Positions 36,489 to 44,309 of a DNA stretch of 46,373 nt are shown here, in pieces; the stretch's first letter is position 1, and every line of letters starts with the position of its first letter. The notes under the pieces were generated by a model. It saw only the letters and a program-made list of their open reading frames with translations. It was not told where the DNA came from and did not search any database. Position numbers and translations under genes: made by a program. The stretch is from Tepidisphaerales bacterium (GTDB lineage: Bacteria > Planctomycetota > Phycisphaerae > Tepidisphaerales > Tepidisphaeraceae). Location: NCBI GenBank assembly GCA_038204465.1, contig JBBRCX010000029.1:1-46373 (forward strand), given 5' to 3'.

Positions 36489-37970
36489 TTAAATCTTCCA
36501 GCGCGCATCACGCTCGAATGGAAACATTGGCCGCCTGCGGCGCCGATAGTTCAGCCGTCGGATGTCCGCGGTCGTCACGCCCGGCGTGTCGACGCGGATG
36601 AAACTCTTGCAAACCTCCCGATACGCCGCCACCGGCGCATGCACTCCCTTCGCTACGAGAATGCGAAACGACGCCGGGTCGAGCTGGCAGCTCGTCAACT
36701 GCTTCATGCTGAACGGAACCATCCGGCGTGAGGTGAGCATGAGCGTCAGGCCCGCATCCGTGCGCACCACAGCCGAGCGGCCCTGATCGAAATCGGTAAA
36801 CCCGCCGTGCCGCGCGTCCGGCTCCTTGAACTTCCCGTCATAGCATCCCACCACCACAAACTCCGCCTCCAGCGGCCCTCCAACCGAATCGATCGACTTC
36901 CCGCCCGCCCGCAGCCGCACCCGCGCTCCTGCACCCGCCGCCTCCGCCTGCCGCTCCGATTCCTCATCGCACAGGCAGACGAACGCGCCACCCATTGCGC
37001 GCTGGTGCAGCGCCTGCGCCAACACGGTTGAATCACCCGGCGAGCCCCCGCCAACATTATCCCCCATGTCCAGCAGGCACACCGGCCCTTCCAACTCCCC
37101 CGCCCGCACAACCGCCTCCTCGACGCTGATGAAGTTTCCAATGAATTGCTCGCGCCGCTCCCACAGGTCCGCGGCCAATTCATTCGCCAGCCGCCGCGCG
37201 AGTTGCGGATCATTGTCGGTAACGACCATAGCCGACGATCCCATCTCCGCGGTGTCGCCATACGGGAACCCGAGCATCAAGCTGCTCGAAAGCACGCGGC
37301 GGTCCTCGCGCAGTCGTTCTGCCTTCTCATACCAGGGCCGGCAAGGCGGCCGCGAGGTGTCCTGACATTCGATGTTGATCGCCATCGGCGGAAACGCGCC
37401 CGCCTGCGTCGGGTTCACCTCCAGGTTCAGCGTCCGAACCATCAGCCGGGCCGCTTCGACCCCGCGCTCGCGCTGGTCGATATGGGGATTGGTTTGATAT
37501 GCGATCATCGCATTGGTCGCATCGACCATCCGCTGCGACAGGTTCGCGTGCGGGTCGGCCGTCGCGATGATCGGCAGGCTCCCCCCGACCCGATCGCGCA
37601 AGGCGCGGAGCCAGAAGCCGTCCGCATCCGGCTGGCTCTCGCTGCTGGTCGCGCCGTGCGGCGCGGCAAGAATGCCATCCAATTCTCCGGCCCGCTCGAC
37701 GTCCTCCAGCATCATCCCGACCAATTGCGACATCGCCTCGTCGCTCACCACGCCGTAAGGCAGCGCCCGCGCCGCGAATAGCGGCACCGCCTCGAGGCCC
37801 CCCTCCTCCAGGCCCGCGAAGAATCCGCCAATCTCGTGATGGGCCCCCGCGAAATGGTCGCGCACCGCCTCGCCGCGCAGCAGCACGTCGCGCTCAAATT
37901 CCGCCAGCCCCGTCCGCGCGTGCAGAAATGTATTCGACTCCTGGATCAGCGCTACGATCCCCACGCGCAA
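36489..37970 (-). CDS. M81-family metallopeptidase (microcystinase MlrC-like, DUF1485 + DUF1446)
   Basis: N-terminus MRVGIVALIQESNTF matches the MlrC-family start (IA...FQHETNTF). Length ~490 aa. The start appears to be TTG or GTG. Confidence 0.6.
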   Translation of the reverse strand: MRVGIVALIQESNTFLHARTGLAEFERDVLLRGEAVRDHFAGAHHEIGGFFAGLEEGGLEAVPLFAARALPYGVVSDEAMSQLVGMMLEDVERAGELDGILAAPHGATSSESQPDADGFWLRALRDRVGGSLPIIATADPHANLSQRMVDATNAMIAYQTNPHIDQRERGVEAARLMVRTLNLEVNPTQAGAFPPMAINIECQDTSRPPCRPWYEKAERLREDRRVLSSSLMLGFPYGDTAEMGSSAMVVTDNDPQLARRLANELAADLWERREQFIGNFISVEEAVVRAGELEGPVCLLDMGDNVGGGSPGDSTVLAQALHQRAMGGAFVCLCDEESERQAEAAGAGARVRLRAGGKSIDSVGGPLEAEFVVVGCYDGKFKEPDARHGGFTDFDQGRSAVVRTDAGLTLMLTSRRMVPFSMKQLTSCQLDPASFRILVAKGVHAPVAAYREVCKSFIRVDTPGVTTADIRRLNYRRRRRPMFPFERDARWKI

Positions 37971-38169
37971 GGCGATCTCCCGCTAAACCGCCGGCTATCC
38001 GCCGGTGTCGCCCTACTATCCCAAGATGTAACGGGTGTCGCCAGACCGTCGGCGCCAGCGGCGGGCTTATTACATGCAGCAAGGACGAGCGCGCCTCGAT
38101 AGGCAGCGCCGCGCGGTAGCTGGGGTGAGGCGTAAGCAGCTAGCTTAGACAGCGTTCTGGCGCGAAGGA

Positions 38170-39333
38170 TTAGAAATCGCTTCCCCCGGAATCTCCTCCG
38201 CCGCCGCCAGAATCCGACCCGCCTCCCCCGCCCCCGAAATCGCCGCCGCTCGAGCTGCCGAAGTCGGCGCCGCTGCTGCCGCTGCTGTCGGATCCGAAGT
38301 CCGACCCGGAGCTGGAGAAGCCGGTGTCATGGCCGGGATCGGAGGAGCTGCCGCCGCTGTCGCCAGCGCCGCCGCCGGGTAACGGGCCCGCCGAGCCTTG
38401 ATCGCGATGGGAGAATTTGTCCTGCGCCCAGCCGCCCAGCGCGCCGCCGAGCAAGCCTCCCAGCAGTCCGGTGCCGAAGCCACCGCCCCGGCCGCCGCCG
38501 TACCCGGGGCCGGGACCGTAGCCGCCGCCCGGCTGAGGATAATTCCCTGGTCCCCCAGAACCCGGCCCATAACCGCCGGCGCGCCCGCGGAACAATCCGC
38601 GCACGACCATGATCACAATCAACACGCCAACGCCCATGCAGATCAGCGTTCCCATTCCACCGCCGCCGCCGCACGAAGGCCTTGTGCTGTAGGGGAAGTT
38701 CCCACCCGGCTGACCGCCGGTCGGCGATCCCGCGCCGCCGCCGGTCGGCGATGCAGCGCCGCCGCCAGTCGCTCCGCCCCCGGAGACGGCGCTGCCGCTG
38801 CCTCCGTGCGCCGCCGCGTTCTGGTCCATGTGCTTCTGCACGTATTTCACGGTGCGCAGCAGGGCATCGTCATACTGTTTCTTTCCCAGCGCATCTCTCA
38901 GCCCGGGAGTCATCAGCTCACGATCGTGCGGCGCGAACAGCCACTGGCTGGTCTTGTCGCCGATCGCGATTTCAAAGTGGGCCGGCTTCATGCAGATCAG
39001 CAGGAACACGCCCTCCATGCCAAGTTCCTTGCCGCGCTTTTGCGCCCACTGGGGAAAAAACTGGTTCCCCTGCGCGCTCGCGTCGCTCTGCAGCTCGTCG
39101 GGAATCTGCGGATAGGTCTCGACCATCAGCGTATGGCCGCTGTGGCTCTTCTTGATCTGCTCGATCCGGTCATTCGCCTCCTGGATCGCGGCATCGCTGA
39201 AAATCTTCGCGTTGTCCTTCACCTGTGCGCCGACCGGCGCCGCGGCAAAGGCCATCAGCCACGCCAGCGGCGCAACCAACGCGGCCAGCGTCATGACCCG
39301 TCCGCTCGCTCGACCCATCTGGGCAACTCGCAT
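38170..39333 (-). CDS. TPM-domain (TLP18.3/Psb32/MOLO-1) protein with a TM helix and a long Gly-rich C-terminal tail
   Basis: Signal peptide, then VKDNAKIFSDAAIQEANDRIEQIKKSHSGHTLMVETYPQIPDE...GVFLLICMKPAHFEIAIGD (TPM-domain pattern). TM helix GTLICMGVGVLIVIMVV. C-terminal GGGYGPGPG / SDFG low-complexity tail. Confidence 0.7.
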   Translation of the reverse strand: MRVAQMGRASGRVMTLAALVAPLAWLMAFAAAPVGAQVKDNAKIFSDAAIQEANDRIEQIKKSHSGHTLMVETYPQIPDELQSDASAQGNQFFPQWAQKRGKELGMEGVFLLICMKPAHFEIAIGDKTSQWLFAPHDRELMTPGLRDALGKKQYDDALLRTVKYVQKHMDQNAAAHGGSGSAVSGGGATGGGAASPTGGGAGSPTGGQPGGNFPYSTRPSCGGGGGMGTLICMGVGVLIVIMVVRGLFRGRAGGYGPGSGGPGNYPQPGGGYGPGPGYGGGRGGGFGTGLLGGLLGGALGGWAQDKFSHRDQGSAGPLPGGGAGDSGGSSSDPGHDTGFSSSGSDFGSDSSGSSGADFGSSSGGDFGGGGGGSDSGGGGGDSGGSDF

Positions 39334-39415
39334 CGTGCGCTCCTTTGGCCCGCGCGTTGGCGGACCTTGCCGTTACCTTAAGACCCCCGGGCCTGCGGCG
39401 CGAACTATAAAAGCA

Positions 39416-40213
39416 TCAAAGCTTTGGAGTCAGCCCCGGCCCCGCGCTCTTCTCCCGCTCGCTCGCGGCGCGCCCTTCGGGCGGGGGCAGATCGCTGCCG
39501 GGCTGCGGCGTCGGCCGGGCATCGCCCCTCGGATCAGGGTCAGGGACGCGACGAGGGCCTTCGTCAGGCGGAATGCTGGTGGGCGTATCATGCCGCGGCT
39601 CGGTTCCGGGCCCGGTGGTGCTGCCGGGTCGCGTTGTCGGGGCAGAACCCGTTTCCGCGCCGCCAGCGCCGAAGTCAGAGCCGCCTCCGCTTCCTTGTGT
39701 CGCTGATTGTGCCGCCCGGGCATTCTCCTGCAGCCGCGCCTGAGCGAACTCGACCGCGCCGACCAGGCCCTTGTCAAACTGCCCTGCCTTGAAATCCGTC
39801 TGCAGCCTGCGGACCAATTCGTCGCGGTCCTTCGGCCCGAAGAACTTCTCGCTCGTGACCTTCCCCACTCCCACCTGCAGGTGCCGCGGCTGCATGCTGA
39901 CGAGAATGAAAATCCCGTTCACGCCCAGCGCCCGCGCGCGCTGCGTCACCCAATCGTTGTAAAAACGATTCTCTCCCTTCCGCTCCAGGTCCTGGCGCAG
40001 CTCTTCCGGAATCGCCGGATACGTCTCCACCATCAGATCGCGGCCCGACTGGGTCTTGATCGCGCGGAGCGTCTCGTTCACGCGTGCGATCGTCGCGGGA
40101 TCGAACACATCGCCGCCATCCACCACGCAGGGCCGCAGCGCCAGCGCGGTCGACGAAGCGATCAGAATGACCAACAGCGTCAGGGGCAAAGTCAATCGAG
40201 GGAATGGTTTCAT
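39416..40213 (-). CDS. TPM-domain protein (a paralogue of the preceding one) with a Pro-rich disordered C-terminus
   Basis: Signal peptide + VFDPATIARVNETLRAIKTQSGRDLMVETYPAIPEE...GIFILVSMQPRHLQVGVG, clearly paralogous to 38170..39333. Start at the ATG at 40213. Confidence 0.7.
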   Translation of the reverse strand: MKPFPRLTLPLTLLVILIASSTALALRPCVVDGGDVFDPATIARVNETLRAIKTQSGRDLMVETYPAIPEELRQDLERKGENRFYNDWVTQRARALGVNGIFILVSMQPRHLQVGVGKVTSEKFFGPKDRDELVRRLQTDFKAGQFDKGLVGAVEFAQARLQENARAAQSATQGSGGGSDFGAGGAETGSAPTTRPGSTTGPGTEPRHDTPTSIPPDEGPRRVPDPDPRGDARPTPQPGSDLPPPEGRAASEREKSAGPGLTPKL

Positions 40214-40297
40214 CTGCGTCTCTCCGTGAATGCGAACGGGCGCGAGCGCCGGACGCACACGATAAAGGCATGCCGCAAGTTTTGTTAACGAACAAAC

Positions 40298-40750
40298 TCA
40301 CCCGGGCTGCGTGATCTGGATGCGCCGCGTCTCCTGATCGACCGGCTCGATCCGGACTTCGATCCGATCGCGCGGAAGCAGCGTCTCGACGCGGTCGGCC
40401 CACTCCACCACGACGATGCCCCCCTCCTCGAGCAATTCCGCGAAGCCAATCCCCTCGAAATCGCCGGGGCCGTTCACGCGATAGGCGTCGAGGTGATAGA
40501 CCGTCAGTCGCTGCGGCGAATCCTTCGACGCGTCGTACACGTTGAGCAGTACAAACGTCGGACTCGACACCACCCGGGCGTCTCCGCCGAACCCCCGCAC
40601 CAGGCCGCGCACGAACTGCGTCTTGCCCGCGCCCAGGTCGCCATATAGCGCGACGCACACGCCCCCGCTCAGACCGCAAGCCAGTTTTGCCGCCAGCGCC
40701 TCGGTCTCGGCCACGCTGGATGAAAGATGTTGCTCGCGCCGGAGGTCCAA
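40298..40750 (-). CDS. tsaE: tRNA threonylcarbamoyladenosine biosynthesis protein TsaE (YjeE ATPase)
   Basis: Walker A motif in the typical TsaE context (LYGDLGAGKTQFVRGL) and ~150 aa in length, 9 bp downstream of thiL. Confidence 0.8.
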   Translation of the reverse strand: MDLRREQHLSSSVAETEALAAKLACGLSGGVCVALYGDLGAGKTQFVRGLVRGFGGDARVVSSPTFVLLNVYDASKDSPQRLTVYHLDAYRVNGPGDFEGIGFAELLEEGGIVVVEWADRVETLLPRDRIEVRIEPVDQETRRIQITQPG

Positions 40751-40759
40751 GCAAATCCT

Positions 40760-41644
40760 TTACAGCCCGTGCTCCCACGCCCGCGGCTCCAGCGGCTCCC
40801 GCGCCTTCATGCTCTCCAGCCACATCCCCGGCTCTTCTACGATGGTGCCGATCCTCCTGGCCACAGCCGATTCGAATTCCGGCGACGTAAACAAAAGCTC
40901 ATAGTCCTCCCCGTCATGAAGCGCATGGTCCAGCGGGCTGCGCCGATCCAGCCGGAACATCCGCTGCGCATCGTCGTGAATCGGGATCGCATCCGCGTGC
41001 AGTACCGCCCCGACCCTGCTCTGATCGCAGATCTGCTTCAGATCGCGCGACAGCCCATCGCTCAGATCGATCATCGAGCTCACCTCGCAGGCCTGCACCA
41101 GCTGCTGCGCCAGCACCACGCGCGGAACGAACGACATGTGCCGCCCCAGAAAGCTCCCGCCCAGCGGGCCCGTTACGTAGATCGCGTCGCCGGCCTTTGC
41201 GCCGCCGCGCGTAACGGGCTCCCTGAAACAATGCGCCAGGATGGTCACTGACACTGCGAGCTTTCCCTCCCATGACGCCGTGTCCCCGCCAACGATCGGG
41301 CACGAGAACGGATCGGCCGCCTCGCGCAGGCCGAGGTACAGCTCCTTCGCATATTCGACGCCGCCGCCGCGCGGCAGCGCCACGGTCGCGACCGCCGCCG
41401 CCGGCATGCACGCCATCGCCGCGCAGTCCGAGAGGTTCCGGTTCATCGCCTTGCGCCCGATCTCCCGCGGCGAGTGCACCTTCGAATCGAAGTGAACGCC
41501 ATCCAGCACCTGGTCCGCGCCGACGACCAGCAGGTCCTTCCCCCAATCCATCACCGCCAGGTCGTCCCCCGGCCCCACGCGCACCATCGGTGACGAAAGC
41601 GTCTGCGACCGAATCCACTCAATGAAATCGAACTCGCCAGCCAT
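40760..41644 (-). CDS. thiL: Thiamine-monophosphate kinase
   Basis: MAGEFDFIEWIRS... N-terminus (cf. E. coli MACGEFSLI) and a PurM-like fold pattern (GDD.AV..., VVGAD.LV.GVHF). Confidence 0.8.
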   Translation of the reverse strand: MAGEFDFIEWIRSQTLSSPMVRVGPGDDLAVMDWGKDLLVVGADQVLDGVHFDSKVHSPREIGRKAMNRNLSDCAAMACMPAAAVATVALPRGGGVEYAKELYLGLREAADPFSCPIVGGDTASWEGKLAVSVTILAHCFREPVTRGGAKAGDAIYVTGPLGGSFLGRHMSFVPRVVLAQQLVQACEVSSMIDLSDGLSRDLKQICDQSRVGAVLHADAIPIHDDAQRMFRLDRRSPLDHALHDGEDYELLFTSPEFESAVARRIGTIVEEPGMWLESMKAREPLEPRAWEHGL

Positions 41645-41895
41645 CGGCCAGAAGGATACCCGAGCGCGAGGGGAAAGAGACGATGGAGTCGGGATGGAGT
41701 AGTGGTTCAGAAGTGGTTCAGTTTGAATAAATCAGGGTGAAAACCCGCCGCCAGACTACCGCCATGCACACGGTGTGGAAAACTGCGGCCACGAGCAATG
41801 GCAGCGGTCGTCTCGCGCGTATCAGACCGAAGTAGATTGAAAACTGCACCGTCGTCAATGCGACAAACAGAGCGACCGTGCACGCATTGTCAAGC

Positions 41896-41934
41896 TCAAA
41901 CAAAATAGCCCCGGAACTGTTCAAGCTCCGGGGC
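41896..41934 (-). terminator. Rho-independent terminator for the higBA operon (minus strand)
   Basis: On the minus strand: hairpin GCCCCGGA-gcttgaacagt-TCCGGGGC followed by UAUUUUGUUUG, ~20 nt after the higA stop. Confidence 0.55.
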
Positions 41935-41953
41935 CAATGAACGTCATTTCCGT

Positions 41954-42427
41954 TTACGGCGACGTTGGATCGAATTCGGTGATCGGCTGTGCGAGGGCTT
42001 TGGCGATCTTCTCTAAAGTTAATCGCGTCGGGCTGATCTCGCCGTTCTCGATTCTGCTAATGTGCGGCTGCGGAAGGTCCGCCTTATCTGCCAGTTGTTC
42101 CTGCGTAAGTCCGGCTCGCTTTCGCAACTCACGAACCCGGGCGCCCGCATAGTTCGACCACTTCGTAACCTTCTCGTTGCGACCAACTGGGGCAATAACC
42201 GGGATCAGTGTTCCGACCTTCGGCAACAACATTTCCCGGATGGTTTGCTCGCCTTCCTCCATCTCTTCTGGAGATTGACCCATAGCCTGCAACACCTCTC
42301 CCAGATCTCCGCGATCATCCTCGGAGAGACCGCCCATAAGAAAGGCTACGGTCTTGCACAAGAGAACCCAAAGCTCAACATCCGAACTTGTACCCTGCTC
42401 CCTTCTCGACTTAGTTTTCACGCTCAT
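41954..42427 (-). CDS. higA: HigA-like antitoxin (XRE/Cro-C1 helix-turn-helix protein)
   Basis: C-terminal HTH VRELRKRAGLTQEQLADKADLPQPHISRIENGE. Start ATG at 42427 is preceded by an AGGAG SD. It lies immediately downstream of the gp49-like toxin gene, the HigB-HigA gene order. Confidence 0.7.
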   Translation of the reverse strand: MSVKTKSRREQGTSSDVELWVLLCKTVAFLMGGLSEDDRGDLGEVLQAMGQSPEEMEEGEQTIREMLLPKVGTLIPVIAPVGRNEKVTKWSNYAGARVRELRKRAGLTQEQLADKADLPQPHISRIENGEISPTRLTLEKIAKALAQPITEFDPTSP

Positions 42428-42471
42428 CGCTATTCTCCTGTTCTGTCTAGAGCCCACGTAACACACTCATC

Positions 42472-42945
42472 CTATGGACCCGACCCTTCCCGCTCTTGCC
42501 GCGCCAAGGCGGCTTGGCTAGCCGCTGCTAACAGCGTGCCGTATTCTCCTGCCATATACGCGCGCACTCGACGCCGAATGCGGACCTTCACGGTCTGTGG
42601 CGTCGGACCGTTGTTTTGCTTTAAGGTCGCTCCTACGACCACGATCGTGCGCATGTGCTTGTCCACGTAATAAAACACGCGTACATTCTTGCCGCCTAGA
42701 ACACCGCCTTTGTCCCGCAGCTCATAAAAGTCTTCGATCGCGTCGATTGAGACGACCAAGCTGTGTGTCGGATCATCCTGTCGCGCGATCTCTTGCAGCT
42801 GCTCGGCCAAGTGCGAGTACTGTGCTTCGTCCAAAAACTTCATGGCCTCGTCGAATACGAAGTCGACGATCGCGACACTCCATTTGTACCCCGGACGCCG
42901 ACCGCCTCCGGCATGGACGCCCACCTTCAACCTACTCTGTCGCAT
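42472..42945 (-). CDS. higB: HigB-like toxin (gp49-like / COG4679 RelE-ParE superfamily)
   Basis: ...YELRDKGGVLGGKNVRVFYYVDKHMRTIVVVGATLKQNNGPTPQ matches the gp49-like toxin core (ELR.......R.FY......IVLLHGF.KKT.KTP). The true start may be an internal GTG/TTG. Confidence 0.65.
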   Translation of the reverse strand: MRQSRLKVGVHAGGGRRPGYKWSVAIVDFVFDEAMKFLDEAQYSHLAEQLQEIARQDDPTHSLVVSIDAIEDFYELRDKGGVLGGKNVRVFYYVDKHMRTIVVVGATLKQNNGPTPQTVKVRIRRRVRAYMAGEYGTLLAAASQAALARQEREGSGP

Positions 42946-42998
42946 GGGTATCCTCCGATGAGTATTTGCGGTGGCGTCCGTGCCTTTCCGCTAATTCA

Positions 42999-43068
42999 CG
43001 ATATGCATATTATGCAATGTATATCGTCAAAATCAAGGGAATACTTGCATATTTTCCAAATATGCATC
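42999..43068. promoter_or_regulatory. AT-rich promoter/operator region of higBA with palindromes: ATATGCATAT (perfect 10-mer at 43001-43010), cgatat...atatcg, and a further ATATGCAT at 43059-43066
   Basis: The palindromes lie 55-120 bp upstream of the toxin start, consistent with autoregulatory TA operators. The local AT richness is atypical for this window. Confidence 0.5.
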
Positions 43069-43091
43069 GTGTGATCCAAGTGGTTAGGGCG

Positions 43092-43367
43092 TCACCCCTT
43101 ACGTTTTGACCACCGACGCGCCGCCGCTCGCTTTGCGATTTCTGATCGTTGTCTTTTCGATAGCTTCGCAGCCCGCGCCCTGCCCCCCTTGCTCGCCCCC
43201 AGTTTGCTCAGCGCAACGGCGGCAGGGTTGCGCGCGTCCGGCTCAGGCGGGGGCGCGTTGCCCGTCGCCTGATCGACGACCATCTTTGCGATTTGGGTGA
43301 AGTCCTTACGCTTGCTTGCTCGGGCAGGCATGGTGCGACTATCGCATCTATCGGGCGGGCGCGTCAA
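43092..43367 (-). CDS. Small basic hypothetical protein with a Lys/Arg/Ala-rich C-terminus (possible nucleic-acid-binding tail)
   Basis: 91-aa ORF ending ...LSKLGASKGGRARAAKLSKRQRSEIAKRAAARRWSKRKG. It lies inside the inverted-repeat-bounded TA islet. Family not confidently recognised. Confidence 0.35.
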   Translation of the reverse strand: MTRPPDRCDSRTMPARASKRKDFTQIAKMVVDQATGNAPPPEPDARNPAAVALSKLGASKGGRARAAKLSKRQRSEIAKRAAARRWSKRKG

Positions 43368-43449
43368 GGGGCTAGATTTTCAAACTGAACCACTACCCAG
43401 GATGAAGGTAGCGCTCAAACAGCCGCGCGATCCTCGATCTTCCATGCCC

Positions 43450-44055
43450 CTATTCTCTGTCCTGAACCGCGATCACGGGCTCAAACCCGCGCTTCGCCAG
43501 TGGGATCGACTTGCGCGAGACCGCTGTGCTGGTCAGCCGGTCGTGCAGGGCCTGCCGCGAGACGCCGAGCGTCAGGAAGAAACCCGCTCCCAGCGCAAGC
43601 ACCAGCAGCTCCGCGACCGTCCGCAGCGTGATGAAGTTCAACGGCTTGCTCAGGAAGATCGCCAACCCCGCCTTTGCCGCCAGCCGCCGCAGCACGATCA
43701 CGCCCGTGATCGCATCGAGCAATCCGCACAACCGCGGCGAATGCTTGAGCGCCCACCTTCCCGCGAGCACGCGCCGCGGCGCCGGCGAGCCGTCAGCGTT
43801 GGTGATGCGCAGCCGCAGGATGAGCTTCCCGAAGGTGCCGCCCCAGAAGATCTCCATGGCGCTGTACGCCAGCATCACCGTATTCCCCACCCACACCGAC
43901 ATCCACACGTCATCCTCGCGATGCGGCGTGCGGACGATCGCCCCCGACTCCAGCGCCCACCGCGCCCCGACGATCCCAAAGAACAGCACCGGCAGGAAGA
44001 TCGCCGCGTCGATCAACACCGCCGCCACCCGAATCCCAAATCCCGCGCGGTTCAT
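43450..44055 (-). CDS. RDD-family membrane protein
   Basis: MNRAGFGIRVAAVLIDAAIFLP... is the typical RDD-family start (R..A..ID..I). Multiple TM helices. ATG at 44055 with a GGAGG SD. The upstream part of the 274-aa track ORF is non-coding leader. Confidence 0.65.
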   Translation of the reverse strand: MNRAGFGIRVAAVLIDAAIFLPVLFFGIVGARWALESGAIVRTPHREDDVWMSVWVGNTVMLAYSAMEIFWGGTFGKLILRLRITNADGSPAPRRVLAGRWALKHSPRLCGLLDAITGVIVLRRLAAKAGLAIFLSKPLNFITLRTVAELLVLALGAGFFLTLGVSRQALHDRLTSTAVSRKSIPLAKRGFEPVIAVQDRE

Positions 44056-44067
44056 GACACCTCCGTT

Positions 44068-44305
44068 TGATTTTCGAGTTTCGATTGGCGATTTGCGATT
44101 TCGGATCTGACATCTTGACTCGCGATTCTGAATCGGGAGGTCGACCATGTCCCGGCCACATAGCGACCCTGTTTCTCGGCGCCAACCAGCCGTTGAGTCC
44201 GACGAAACAAAACCTTCCCCACCCCCACCCCCTCTGCTAAACTCCGCCGCGAGTCGTGGATCCGTCGTTCTCAATCGAAAATCGCCAATCGAAACTCGAA
44301 AATCC
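44068..44305. repeat. 33-bp near-perfect inverted repeat pair (44068-44100 and 44273-44305) bracketing the RDD/dnaX divergent intergenic region. Each arm ends 5-12 bp from a start codon.
   Basis: Left arm tgattttcgagtttcgattggcgatttgcgatt. Reverse complement of the right arm ggattttcgagtttcgattggcgattttcgatt (about 30 of 33 positions identical). Confidence 0.7.
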
Positions 44306-44309
44306 TCCC

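Noticed and set aside
41644-41760. TPP riboswitch near thiL
   Set aside because: No thi-box-like CUGAGA/ACCUGAUCUGG motifs are present. The region instead contains the left inverted repeat of the TA islet.
41718-41924. 68-aa hydrophobic minus-strand ORF downstream of higA
   Set aside because: It overlaps the higBA terminator hairpin and has no RBS or similarity. It is kept only as a very low-probability small membrane protein.
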